In this document: in pieces, positions 38,153 to 47,209 of the stretch
How the letters are laid out: each line of letters begins with the position of its first letter
Position numbering within the stretch: the stretch's first letter is position 1
Origin: a virus
Taxonomy: Duplodnaviria > Caudoviricetes
Reading direction: 5' to 3' (one strand)
DNA: 64,000 nucleotides
IMG/VR virus record: IMGVR_UViG_3300044695_006401
The notes under the pieces: model-generated
What the model saw: only the letters and a program-made list of their open reading frames with translations
Databases searched by the model: none
What the model was told of the DNA's origin: nothing
Made by a program: the position numbers and the translations under genes

Positions 38153-38446
38153 TTATTTATCCGATTTATCTACCATGTAGTAGTTATACCCCAAAGAATA
38201 ATAAAGAAATTGACCTTTTTTTTTCAAAACAGAATTAATCTTATCGGTTGAGTCGGCAGGAACCCCTACAATTTCTTTTTCCTTAGGTATTTTTCTTCCA
38301 ACATGAGTGTTCAAAACATTTTGTATTGGGTCCAAATAATATTTTAGTTTTTTTACCAAAGTTTTTTTATCACCGACGGTTCCGATTTCATACTTCTTAC
38401 ATAAAGATTTTATTTCTTGTAGTTCTAACTTATCTAAATTTTCCAT
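38153..38446 (-). CDS. Small protein with SAP/HeH-like N-terminal motif
   Basis: Start re-called to 38446; LQEIKSLCKKYEIGTVGDKKTLVKKL; TATATTTG at 38451-38458. Confidence 0.55.
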   Translation of the reverse strand: MENLDKLELQEIKSLCKKYEIGTVGDKKTLVKKLKYYLDPIQNVLNTHVGRKIPKEKEIVGVPADSTDKINSVLKKKGQFLYYSLGYNYYMVDKSDK

Positions 38447-38541
38447 ACCACAAATATAGTAAAAATAATTTATTTTCAATATATAGATCGTTTTGTTTTA
38501 CTTAACAAAATTTTTTAATTAAGTTTTCTAAAAATATTATT

Positions 38542-38967
38542 ATGAGAAAAATACAAAATGGAGATACCGTCAAGGTACATTACACAGGAAGATTAGAAGA
38601 TGGTACTGTTTTCGATTCCTCAATGGTCGAAGGGAGAGACCCTTTGACAGCAACTTTAGGTCAAGGTCAATTAATTTCAGGTTTTGAATCGGGATTAATT
38701 GATATGTCTGTTGGAGACACAAAAGAAGTACAAATTGATCCGTCGGATGCATATGGCGAATACCTTCCAAACATGGAGCAAGAGGTTCCTTTGGAAAATA
38801 TGCCAGGAGAAGTTTCAGCAGGAATGCAACTTCAAGCCCAAACTGAAATGGGTCCGATTATTTTAACAGTAAAAGAAGTTAAAGAAAGTACAGTCGTGTT
38901 GGATGCGAATCACCCACTTGCTGGAAAAAAACTAATTTTCGATTTAGAAGTATTAGAAATCCAATAA
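38542..38967 (+). CDS. FKBP-type peptidyl-prolyl isomerase (SlyD/SlpA-like, no His tail)
   Basis: GDTVKVHYTGRLEDGTVFDSS, LISGFESGL, DAYGE, LDANHPLAGKKLIFDLEV. Confidence 0.93.
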   Translation: MRKIQNGDTVKVHYTGRLEDGTVFDSSMVEGRDPLTATLGQGQLISGFESGLIDMSVGDTKEVQIDPSDAYGEYLPNMEQEVPLENMPGEVSAGMQLQAQTEMGPIILTVKEVKESTVVLDANHPLAGKKLIFDLEVLEIQ

Positions 38968-39010
38968 AAAAATAAACCCCCATTGGTAGCGACACTGATG
39001 GGGGTTTTAT
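38968..39010. terminator. Probable bidirectional terminator
   Basis: AAACCCCCAT...ATGGGGGTTT stem between convergent genes. Confidence 0.7.
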
Positions 39011-39048
39011 ATAGCCGTTGCTATATCGGTCCTAAGCCGTTTCTTTTG

Positions 39049-39498
39049 TTACATCTTTATAACAATATTTTCTATTTCCTTTACTAATTCGTTAGAGACA
39101 TATACATCTCTCATAGTTGATCGACTATAATCTCCTGTGTGGTAATACCCTAAAGTGTTATCTATATCTTCATTAACTCGTCTAAGAATGTAACTATCTT
39201 TTTTCAAGAAGTATTCTAACCTTTGTTTTAACGGTTCGTCAGTTTTGTATTCGTAGAATATTTTAATAGCAATTGACATCCATTTTTTTAATGTTTCGTT
39301 TGCATCCAAAATAGTCACATCGTACATAGCATAATCATACCACTCACCAACTGAAATCATTGGTTTAATTCCAACAATCTCAAATGTGTAAGTTACTGAT
39401 GTGTTACTTTTATCATCAGGGTATATATAAACAGGAGTTTCAAATTCTTGTTTTGATACACTTTTGTTAATTTTAGTTATTTCCTCTTTTGTAAACAT
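39049..39498 (-). CDS. Hypothetical protein
   Basis: 149-aa ORF; TAATG-coupled to the upstream peptide. Confidence 0.7.
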   Translation of the reverse strand: MFTKEEITKINKSVSKQEFETPVYIYPDDKSNTSVTYTFEIVGIKPMISVGEWYDYAMYDVTILDANETLKKWMSIAIKIFYEYKTDEPLKQRLEYFLKKDSYILRRVNEDIDNTLGYYHTGDYSRSTMRDVYVSNELVKEIENIVIKM

Positions 39499-39629
39499 TA
39501 TCTACCTTGTCCTTTATATTTTTTTGGTCTTTGTTCTTTTGGTCCGAATTTTCTTTTTAATTTCCCAACCCTTTTTTTACCAAATGATTGTTTTCTTGAA
39601 TCACTTGAACCCCCTTTTATTTTTGCCAT
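39498..39629 (-). CDS. 43-aa highly basic peptide (not in ORF track)
   Basis: Hand translation: MAKIKGGSSDSRKQSFGKKRVGKLKRKFGPKEQRPKKYKGQGR*. TAATG overlap with the next ATG; TATTTAT at 39675-39681. Confidence 0.75.
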   Translation of the reverse strand: MAKIKGGSSDSRKQSFGKKRVGKLKRKFGPKEQRPKKYKGQGR

Positions 39630-39693
39630 CTTATTTGAGTTTAATTAATGTTTATCGACCAAAAGATCTTACTGATAAATATATTAAATCAAT

Positions 39694-39726
39694 AAAAAAA
39701 CACCCCCAATCTATGAGGGTGTTTTT
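39694..39726 (-). terminator. Intrinsic terminator
   Basis: AAAAAAACACCC...GGGTGTTTTT hairpin after 39761-40132. Confidence 0.65.
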
Positions 39727-39760
39727 GTTGTAAAAGATAATAAAAATTAACGGACCATGA

Positions 39761-40132
39761 TCACATGGATTCTCTCATACTCATTATAACAACATCACCA
39801 ACCTTAACTACAGATTTCAAATTACACACAGGATTCATTTTTATAAGTGCAGAATCTTGGTCTGTCATTGATTGCAGATTACTTAATGTGTCATTTTTTT
39901 TAATTTTATAAAATTTGATGTAGTCCTCCCCTTGATTTTTTATTTCATTTGACAACCCTTTTGGTGTAAAGCAGTATTTACCACCTTGGTCAGGTTTTGG
40001 GTTATTTTTCATCATTTTATTTGCAACATTCAAATAATACGAATCGGGTTGGAATTGTGATTTTTGTTCCTTTACAATTTTACCGATCAAATTAGTTAAT
40101 TCAGATTCAGTAAGTCTTACAATTTTTTTCAT
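39761..40132 (-). CDS. Leader-bearing protein with possible LysM-like C-terminus
   Basis: MKKIVRLTESELTNLIGKIVKEQ; YKIKKNDTLSNL...LIKMNP...VKVGDVVIM resembles LysM. Confidence 0.6.
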   Translation of the reverse strand: MKKIVRLTESELTNLIGKIVKEQKSQFQPDSYYLNVANKMMKNNPKPDQGGKYCFTPKGLSNEIKNQGEDYIKFYKIKKNDTLSNLQSMTDQDSALIKMNPVCNLKSVVKVGDVVIMSMRESM

Positions 40133-40170
40133 AGTTTAATAATATATTTTATAAATATGTTTGAAAAACA

Positions 40171-40193
40171 AAAACCCACCTTTTGTGGGTTTT
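40171..40193 (-). terminator. Intrinsic terminator
   Basis: AAAACCCAC-CTTTT-GTGGGTTTT. Confidence 0.75.
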
Positions 40194-40202
40194 AAAATTT
40201 AA

Positions 40203-40676
40203 TCAGATTTCTGTTACTTCAGTACACCCATCTTCAGTTGTTTCTGAATCCAAAATTTCTTTATGGTACATTTTACCACTCCATGGATCAAAAAATTCTT
40301 CACTTCTTAAGACTTGCATATCATAAGTAGATAAATCATAATATGACTCAACGGTATCTTGATAATAATATCGGTTATATTCAGTTACATCTTCACTCCA
40401 CTCAACTCTTAGTTTTTTTAGTTGTGGTCTTGGGGGTAACTCTGTAATATCTTCCTCGTCATAAACTATCTGTGAAAATAACTTAAACAAATAAGTTATA
40501 TCTGGAACTTGTAAGTTATCAATTCCAAAATAGGATGCCTTTGTTTCTATCATGTTATAACTTGATAAAAATTCTTCCAAGCTATATGAATCAACATCAT
40601 TATCCACAAATTCTTCTCTTATTTGATTAATAAGAAGAAGAAGTGCTTTATCGCTAAGTTTTTCTAATGGAGACAT
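40203..40676 (-). CDS. Acidic hypothetical protein
   Basis: 157-aa ORF. Confidence 0.7.
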   Translation of the reverse strand: MSPLEKLSDKALLLLINQIREEFVDNDVDSYSLEEFLSSYNMIETKASYFGIDNLQVPDITYLFKLFSQIVYDEEDITELPPRPQLKKLRVEWSEDVTEYNRYYYQDTVESYYDLSTYDMQVLRSEEFFDPWSGKMYHKEILDSETTEDGCTEVTEI

Positions 40677-40681
40677 TTGGT

Positions 40682-41245
40682 CTATGCAAAGTTAGTTGGA
40701 GTTTCCTCAGAATCAATTTTGGCAAAGTCAAACCCGCCACATGGTAAATTATTATTAAGGTATTCTGCCAATTTTACATTACGGTAGGTCCCTTGAACTT
40801 TTTTACCTGAAAACCAAGAATTAGAAGATTGTACCGTAAGAGTAATATTGAAAACATCATCACCACATTTAAAATCAGGTTCAGCTGTTATTCTCGTAGA
40901 AAGAGCAAGGTTATCAAGATCCTCCAATTCAAATAAAATAACATCCTGTGTAAGAATTCTTACTCCTTTAATTTTTCCTTTGATTGTTCCGGTTTTAAAT
41001 TCATCCCAATAACTAGCATCAAGATTAGATAATGATTCCTTATCCACCTCAGAAGCGTACCATACATCTGTTTTCACATCCGCACCAATTACTCTATTTA
41101 AATTTATTGGTTCGAATTTTACAGTTTTTCCAATCAATTGGTGTAATGGGTTTGTGGTAACTTCACTAATCAAAGGTCTAACATCCCCAATTGTTGACTC
41201 CAATAAAGAGTTAAACCTATTTCTGTATTGTTCAATATTTTTCAT
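40682..41245 (-). CDS. Leader-bearing hypothetical protein
   Basis: RFNSLLESTIGDVRPLISE leader, shared in part with 46066-46509. Confidence 0.75.
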   Translation of the reverse strand: MKNIEQYRNRFNSLLESTIGDVRPLISEVTTNPLHQLIGKTVKFEPINLNRVIGADVKTDVWYASEVDKESLSNLDASYWDEFKTGTIKGKIKGVRILTQDVILFELEDLDNLALSTRITAEPDFKCGDDVFNITLTVQSSNSWFSGKKVQGTYRNVKLAEYLNNNLPCGGFDFAKIDSEETPTNFA

Positions 41246-41270
41246 AATTAAATTGTTTTATATATAAATA

Positions 41271-42113
41271 TTAGTCTTCATTGTAAAATATATCAATGAT
41301 ATCAGAGAACTTTAGTCCCATTTGTGTAATACCAAGTTTTTCTGAGATTTCACCATCAACATAGTCAAATCCATTCTCATCATGAAACCATTCAAAATCA
41401 CCACTATCCCATCCAAACCTATTATCTTCATCGGATCTATATTGGTATAAGTATTTTTTCCCATCAATATCAACAAGATACATGGGTCCAAAATAATTTA
41501 ACATTCGTCTAATTAAATCGGGACCAATTATATCATCAAATTCCAAGGGAACATCGTAGGCATCTTTTATTTCTTCAATCTTATCTGTGAAGTCAATTCC
41601 CATTACATCAATTAAAAACTTTTTCTTCTTATCAATTGATTCTTTAATCTTCTTTTTCTTTTTGACATTATACTTTCTTGTATTAGAACTTCTCCATTCA
41701 TATTCTGTACCGTCAGTATCGAGTTCCACCTTATTTTCAAAATCATAATCATATTGAACACAATCACATTTAATACCCAATTGTTCATAAACATAATCAA
41801 CAAGAACTTTAGAAAATAATTTATGTCGAAAATAAGGAACATACCCCTCGAGTTTTTCAGTAACATCTCGTGATAATGTCAAGTCTTTTTTGCAACCCGC
41901 GTTTCCATATTTTCCCAAATAGATTTCAGCTATATCTTCACCATTTTGGTCGTGTATGGTATGTTGATATATTTCACCACCATCTTCATTATCTACAATA
42001 GAAAGTTTCCCAAATAAAGTTTCCAAAAGATTCGACACCAATTCTTTGTATCGTTCTTTTTTGATATCCTCCATAAGGGAGACATATTGTGATTCCAAAA
42101 TTAAAACCTTCAT
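41271..42113 (-). CDS. Leader-bearing two-module hypothetical protein
   Basis: MKVLILESQYVSLMED; internal KKIKE-S junction before a second module. Confidence 0.7.
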   Translation of the reverse strand: MKVLILESQYVSLMEDIKKERYKELVSNLLETLFGKLSIVDNEDGGEIYQHTIHDQNGEDIAEIYLGKYGNAGCKKDLTLSRDVTEKLEGYVPYFRHKLFSKVLVDYVYEQLGIKCDCVQYDYDFENKVELDTDGTEYEWRSSNTRKYNVKKKKKIKESIDKKKKFLIDVMGIDFTDKIEEIKDAYDVPLEFDDIIGPDLIRRMLNYFGPMYLVDIDGKKYLYQYRSDEDNRFGWDSGDFEWFHDENGFDYVDGEISEKLGITQMGLKFSDIIDIFYNED

Positions 42114-42205
42114 AAAGATAAATACAACAAGGAGGGGGTTTGGGGGAGGTTCAGGTCAAAAAAAATTTTCCAGAAATTGACCTTCACCATCCACTATAAA
42201 TGATT

Positions 42206-42766
42206 TTAATATCCATTACCATAAGGATCACCAAAAGATGCATAAGATTTAATTCTTTCTCTTTTATAACATTCAGTCCAACATTCAAACTCAGGGATAT
42301 TATAAAAATCCATATTATGAATTTCAATATGAGGTTGTATTAAAGGTTTAAACTTAATTAAAAGATGTTTAGTAATTTCAGGAAGATATGAATCAATCTC
42401 ATAAAATAATGACTCTGTAGAAATATACTCCTCACAATGTGGGGTTCTATAAACCGGTTCAAAATTCATGGGGTTATATACAGGACTACAAATAACATCA
42501 AAGATCACAAGTTCCATATAAGTCATTCCATACCAATCGACCTTTCTTTCTTTAGGGTTTCGGTTTCTAATAAAAATATCAAACCTCAAGTTAGGGTATA
42601 TCGTTTCAATAAATTTACCCAAGAGTTTCAAATATTTTTTATGGATGAGGTATTGTAGTTTTGCATTTTCATACATGGACTTATAATCAGAATAAGAATT
42701 ATAAGTATGATTCATATACTCATTCATGAAGTTATCGCTAAATCTCACATTATCACAAAGTCCCAT
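42206..42766 (-). CDS. Hypothetical protein
   Basis: 186-aa ORF. Confidence 0.65.
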   Translation of the reverse strand: MGLCDNVRFSDNFMNEYMNHTYNSYSDYKSMYENAKLQYLIHKKYLKLLGKFIETIYPNLRFDIFIRNRNPKERKVDWYGMTYMELVIFDVICSPVYNPMNFEPVYRTPHCEEYISTESLFYEIDSYLPEITKHLLIKFKPLIQPHIEIHNMDFYNIPEFECWTECYKRERIKSYASFGDPYGNGY

Positions 42767-42816
42767 GAAAAAATATAAATAAAAAAAATCCCCCGATCAA
42801 ATGAAAGGGGGAAATT

Positions 42817-42990
42817 TTAAAAATTAAAGGTATCTTTTAATGTCTTAAATCCGAGATAATAAATTAACATCCCAAGAATGGCTCCAAATATTTCATTCAC
42901 ATATTTTACATAATAGGGAATCCCCATAAGGGCCAAAAACATAAAGACCACAAGAAGGATCAAAAAGAGATGAGGTTTTAAACGATTCAT
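42817..42990 (-). CDS. 57-aa two-helix membrane protein (not in ORF track)
   Basis: MNRLKPHLFLILLVVFMFLALMGIPYYVKYVNEIFGAILGMLIYYLGFKTLKDTFNF*. Confidence 0.6.
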   Translation of the reverse strand: MNRLKPHLFLILLVVFMFLALMGIPYYVKYVNEIFGAILGMLIYYLGFKTLKDTFNF

Positions 42991-42992
42991 AA

Positions 42993-43073
42993 TTATTTTT
43001 TAAAAAAATGATCCACCATTACAAAAATGGAGTAAACAATAATAAATCCAACTATTACAACAGAATCGACCAT
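42993..43073 (-). CDS. 26-aa single-TM peptide (not in ORF track)
   Basis: MVDSVVIVGFIIVYSIFVMVDHFFKK*; abuts both neighbours. Confidence 0.5.
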   Translation of the reverse strand: MVDSVVIVGFIIVYSIFVMVDHFFKK

Positions 43074-43253
43074 TTATAATTTAGATACTTTATTCATAAG
43101 GAATCTTAATTTATTTTCCAAATCTCTAATTTGCAAAAGTTGTTGTTCATTCAAATTAATGGATTCCCCCTTAATGGAAGAAATTTTATTTTGTATTTTT
43201 GTGTGTTCATACATCAACTGTGTATAAAGTTCGGCTTTTTGCTGATTTGTCAT
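43074..43253 (-). CDS. 59-aa coiled-coil peptide (not in ORF track)
   Basis: MTNQQKAELYTQLMYEHTKIQNKISSIKGESINLNEQQLLQIRDLENKLRFLMNKVSKL*. Confidence 0.7.
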   Translation of the reverse strand: MTNQQKAELYTQLMYEHTKIQNKISSIKGESINLNEQQLLQIRDLENKLRFLMNKVSKL

Positions 43254-43288
43254 AATTAAATATAAGTTATTTTTTTATAAAGGAAAAT

Positions 43289-43314
43289 AAAAAACCCCAC
43301 CTTTATGATGGGGT
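43289..43314 (-). terminator. Intrinsic terminator
   Basis: AAAAAACCCCA...TGGGGT hairpin after 43339-43797. Confidence 0.6.
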
Positions 43315-43338
43315 CGATTATTTTATAATGAATAAATG

Positions 43339-43797
43339 TTAGTTTTCAGGTCCAATTTTATCACTAATGGCTCCCACAATTCCTTTTTTTAACATCGTAA
43401 TATATAAAGTTAAAGTTGCAATGGCAGCCCCGATTACTTTAGCGGTTTCAACAGTATCACTATCAATAACTTTGCCTGATTCCAATTTAGCAATGTCTGT
43501 TTCCAATCTTTCAAGATCTGCAGCAAGTTTTTTATTTTCTTGTCTCAATCTTTTTCTTTGTGCTGCTTTACGAAGTCTCATTCTTAAAGTACCACCAACG
43601 ATTGCTTTTTTAGAGACCAACTGAGATTTAGTTTTTTCCAATTCCATCTTTAACGCTTCAAGTTCCTCAACTTCTTGTTCCAAAGCAGTTTTAGTAGATT
43701 CCTCCTCACCTTGTTCATTTAAAGAATTGTTGTACCCATGCTTTCTATGCATTTCAAGAATTTCATTCTTTTCTGATTCTGTTAAAATATTTTTCAT
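43339..43797 (-). CDS. Leader-bearing coiled-coil protein with C-terminal hydrophobic helix
   Basis: MKNILTESEKNEILEMH...LNEQ. Confidence 0.75.
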   Translation of the reverse strand: MKNILTESEKNEILEMHRKHGYNNSLNEQGEEESTKTALEQEVEELEALKMELEKTKSQLVSKKAIVGGTLRMRLRKAAQRKRLRQENKKLAADLERLETDIAKLESGKVIDSDTVETAKVIGAAIATLTLYITMLKKGIVGAISDKIGPEN

Positions 43798-43874
43798 AAT
43801 ATAATTTTATTTTATTTGCTTATTTTAAATATAAATATATCTTAAAATAAAAAACCCTCTTTAGGGGAGGGGAT

Positions 43875-44252
43875 TTATAATCTTTCTTCATCATAACCGT
43901 AGATTGTTGTATACACACTAAATGGTAGAATTTCCAAATAATCAAGATAAAACGTTTCATCGAGTTCATTAATATACCACATAGAATCACCATAATCACT
44001 ATCGGCCCAAACAGGATAATAGTCATCACCATCTTTAGTTATAGAATCAATAATAATATCCATATCACCAACAGCTTCTACCCCCTTACCAACAACACTT
44101 CTAACAACAACGTGAAATTTAAATTCATAGTTAACATCTTGCGTGACATTGTTATACCCATCATAAACATGTTCAACGTCTGTGAGCGTCATTTCAAACT
44201 CCTTATTTTCAAAGAGTTTTTTAAGTAAAGATATTAGTTTTTCATTTTTCAT
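43875..44252 (-). CDS. Acidic hypothetical protein
   Basis: 125-aa ORF coupled to 44252-44623. Confidence 0.7.
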   Translation of the reverse strand: MKNEKLISLLKKLFENKEFEMTLTDVEHVYDGYNNVTQDVNYEFKFHVVVRSVVGKGVEAVGDMDIIIDSITKDGDDYYPVWADSDYGDSMWYINELDETFYLDYLEILPFSVYTTIYGYDEERL

Positions 44253-44623
44253 TAACGGGGATATTCTAAAGGTAATATTTTTTCCAAATGTATTTTACCC
44301 TTTTCAATAAAATAATCCATTAAAACTTTTCGAGGGATATATCTAAGTCCATCAGTAATTCTAAAATCTGATGAACTTAAAACACTAACAACTTTATTAT
44401 TTTTAGTTAAAAAACGAATACTTCTATGCTTATAATCGTTAGGAAATTTAAAATAAAAAACAACAGAGTCATGGTTTCTTCCAAAATTATCATGGGTCCT
44501 TCCATCATATTCACAACCGTCATACTCAATACCTTCCATTTCCAAGATTTGTTCAACAATATTAGTCTTGTCGGAGGATTCCAATAGTTTTATATATTGA
44601 GATTCTGTAAGAATGATTTTCAT
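44252..44623 (-). CDS. Leader-bearing hypothetical protein
   Basis: MKIILTESQYIKLLES. Confidence 0.75.
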   Translation of the reverse strand: MKIILTESQYIKLLESSDKTNIVEQILEMEGIEYDGCEYDGRTHDNFGRNHDSVVFYFKFPNDYKHRSIRFLTKNNKVVSVLSSSDFRITDGLRYIPRKVLMDYFIEKGKIHLEKILPLEYPR

Positions 44624-44646
44624 ATAAGATAAATATATGGGGAAAT

Positions 44647-44674
44647 AAAAAACCCCACCGATGAGGTAGGGTTT
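44647..44674 (-). terminator. Intrinsic terminator
   Basis: AAAAAACCCCACC...GGTAGGGTTT imperfect hairpin. Confidence 0.6.
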
Positions 44675-44684
44675 AGTTGTTTAA

Positions 44685-45368
44685 TTAATGTTTTTTCTGT
44701 AGTTCCTTACTATACTCTGAAACAGGAATAGGGGTTCCGACAGGGAAAGGGAAACCAATCTTTGCTGCCGTAACAGATGTTTGTCCGTTTTTAACAGGTA
44801 CAGCTTTACGCAATGGGACCGCAGCTTCATTAAGTGGTCCATAAACTTTTGCCAACACAATACCTGTAGAAGTTGTATCAAAGATGATACCTGGCATTGC
44901 AAACATATTACTTTCACTTGTAGATGGTTTATCCATATTAATCACAAATGATCTATTTTTAGGTGACATCATTTCCCACTTCTTAGTAGATGGATTAAAT
45001 TGGGGAATAGTGGTGGTTGAATCATAATACCAAAACAAAGACCATACAGTATTACTTTTTCCGTTTGGAGTTTGGAAATTATCGTTCACATTGAACTTAC
45101 CATAAGTATCACTAATACCTTCCATAGCCAAGTTGGATAAAGATGGTCCCTCCAACACAGGACAAATGGCACAACCCTCGTTATACTCAACACCTTGGAC
45201 AACAATCTTTCTTCCCGTAGGAACAGCAGATGATGCTCCACAAAATGCAAATGATCCCTTGTGTAGTTTCACAATTTTATCAGACTTAATGTCTTCAAGA
45301 GTTTCAGTTTTCGTACTACAACCAATTAACATAGTTGTGGTAACAATAAATAATAATAATTTTTTCAT
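44685..45368 (-). CDS. Putative lipoprotein
   Basis: MKKLLLFIVTTTMLIG-C lipobox followed by charged STKTETLEDIK. Confidence 0.7.
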   Translation of the reverse strand: MKKLLLFIVTTTMLIGCSTKTETLEDIKSDKIVKLHKGSFAFCGASSAVPTGRKIVVQGVEYNEGCAICPVLEGPSLSNLAMEGISDTYGKFNVNDNFQTPNGKSNTVWSLFWYYDSTTTIPQFNPSTKKWEMMSPKNRSFVINMDKPSTSESNMFAMPGIIFDTTSTGIVLAKVYGPLNEAAVPLRKAVPVKNGQTSVTAAKIGFPFPVGTPIPVSEYSKELQKKH

Positions 45369-45399
45369 AGGTTTTATTTTAAATATAAATATTATACAT

Positions 45400-45434
45400 A
45401 AAAAAGAAAACCCCTCCGTTGAAGGAAGGGTTTT
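45400..45434 (-). terminator. Intrinsic terminator
   Basis: AAAACCC...GGGTTTT imperfect hairpin with an A-run. Confidence 0.6.
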
Positions 45435-45462
45435 AATGTATAGTTCTTTATTTTTTTAATTA

Positions 45463-45696
45463 TTAAAGTCCGACATATGAACGAAAATCATTTATGAGTT
45501 CATCATAAATCATATACACTTCGTCAATATTTTCACACTCCATTTCTTCATCCATATCTAGGAACCCTCCAAGTTCTGATTGTATGTCATCGTACATATC
45601 TTCGGGACTTTGTTCTTCAGGTGAAGTTTTAACAAACGACATAAAATCATTAAAAACATATTCCATATTTGAAATAATTACTTCACAGTCATCCAT
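45463..45696 (-). CDS. Small acidic protein
   Basis: 77-aa ORF. Confidence 0.6.
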   Translation of the reverse strand: MDDCEVIISNMEYVFNDFMSFVKTSPEEQSPEDMYDDIQSELGGFLDMDEEMECENIDEVYMIYDELINDFRSYVGL

Positions 45697-45711
45697 TTAT
45701 TTAAACTTATT

Positions 45712-45987
45712 TTATTTACCTTTATATAGTATTCCACTTCCATAAGGGGAAGTACTACCGTCTTCTTTCTTTTTAACCTGACCCGAAACAATCACTATAT
45801 TAGCAATACTATTACCATTTTTTACAAAGTAATTTCCTTTTTGACTTGGTTGGTCAGTAGGTTCAATTTTTGTCATAAGATAAGTACCATCAGGAAAATT
45901 AATTAAGTCACCTGGTGAGAATACTCCCTCATTTATTACACGTTTAACGATACGTGATAAATCTCTTTCTGTTAATTTGTTTTTCAT
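45712..45987 (-). CDS. Leader-bearing small protein
   Basis: MKNKLTERDLSRIVKRVINE. Confidence 0.75.
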   Translation of the reverse strand: MKNKLTERDLSRIVKRVINEGVFSPGDLINFPDGTYLMTKIEPTDQPSQKGNYFVKNGNSIANIVIVSGQVKKKEDGSTSPYGSGILYKGK

Positions 45988-46065
45988 AATATATTTTTTA
46001 TTTGTTTATTAACGATTTAAATATAAATACCCCGATTTTCCTAAAATTTTTCTGGAATTTTTTTT

Positions 46066-46509
46066 TTAGAATTGTAGAGTACCTACAACTTGATTTTGAG
46101 TATCGGTTATTGATATACCTGGTTTTTCTTGTCCTGGTGCCATGACCCCTGAACTAACTTTATCACTATAAGTCCATTTGTAGTCACCCCCTTGGAACCC
46201 TCTGCCACCGATATTTTTAACCGTAAAGTTGTTTTTCCACTGATTATCATAATCAGTTATTTGAATTCCGTCAACTGTAGTAGGGAAACCATAATCATCA
46301 AAATTAACAGTTCCTGTCTTTTTACTCATGAAATAATTCTTATCAAAATTAGTTGTCCCTTCTTCTTCTGAAATAAGTGGTTTTGCATTACCAAGTTTGG
46401 CATTTAATAATCTTGAGAAATTTTCAGTCATAACTTTAATTCCTCCTGTGTGTTGTTCACGAATTCTATTTTTCTCCTCTGAACTTAAATTATTTAATAA
46501 GTGTTTCAT
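46066..46509 (-). CDS. Leader-bearing protein
   Basis: LSSEEKNRIREQH...FSRLLNAKLGNAKPLISEE. Confidence 0.75.
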   Translation of the reverse strand: MKHLLNNLSSEEKNRIREQHTGGIKVMTENFSRLLNAKLGNAKPLISEEEGTTNFDKNYFMSKKTGTVNFDDYGFPTTVDGIQITDYDNQWKNNFTVKNIGGRGFQGGDYKWTYSDKVSSGVMAPGQEKPGISITDTQNQVVGTLQF

Positions 46510-46814
46510 AATATATTTCTTTAGTTATAAATACTCCGATTTTCCCAAAATTTTCTGGAATTTTTTTTTAGTGTATAGGGGGTATTCCGATTTTTAAAGA
46601 TTTTTTCCCAAAATATTTTTTAAGACCATATTACCTTTTTTAAAACTTATACTCTGCAAGGGGGATTGACCCCCATTTTGGACCCTGTCAAAGTGTCAGA
46701 AAGAGGGGGGATACGGGGGAGGGGGACCCCAATTATTAAGGGGAGGGGGGTATGCCAAACAAAGAGGGGGACCTATAAGACCCCCCAATTGTTAATAAGT
46801 ATTTTATATGGTGA

Positions 46815-47078
46815 TTAGTATTGTACAGGCGATAACTTCTTATCCTTAATACAGTTCATTGCAGTTATTGCTTTCATCCCCACACCCATAGGATCTTTAG
46901 ATGCCATTTCTAAAAGAGCTTCAATACATTTGCCAGGATCTCCTGCTGTACAAGCCATAGGTACAGTGATCCCTGCAGATTTACAACATGCTGACAACTC
47001 TTTAGTGGGGGCAACTTGTTCAGACAATACTCTACTTACTATACGATCTATGTCTGATTCATTTAATCTTCTTCTCAT
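46815..47078 (-). CDS. Leader-bearing Cys-containing small protein
   Basis: MRRRLNESDIDRIVSRVLSEQ; five Cys. Confidence 0.75.
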   Translation of the reverse strand: MRRRLNESDIDRIVSRVLSEQVAPTKELSACCKSAGITVPMACTAGDPGKCIEALLEMASKDPMGVGMKAITAMNCIKDKKLSPVQY

Positions 47079-47097
47079 TGTTTTATTTTTTAATGTT

Positions 47098-47209
47098 AAT
47101 TTTATTTTTTACTTATATAAATATTAAGCCATGTCAAAAAAAATCCATACCTTAATTTTATTTTTTACTTATATAAATATTAGGCCATGTCAAAAAAAAT
47201 CCATACCTT
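47098..47209. repeat. Tandem 56-bp duplication of a promoter-containing segment
   Basis: 47098-47153 and 47154-47209 are identical except for one base (attaagcc/attaggcc). Confidence 0.9.

Noticed and set aside
39464-39733. Plus-strand 89-aa hydrophobic ORF
   Set aside because: Antisense to the basic peptide 39498-39629 and a terminator; the minus-strand reading has promoter and coupling support.
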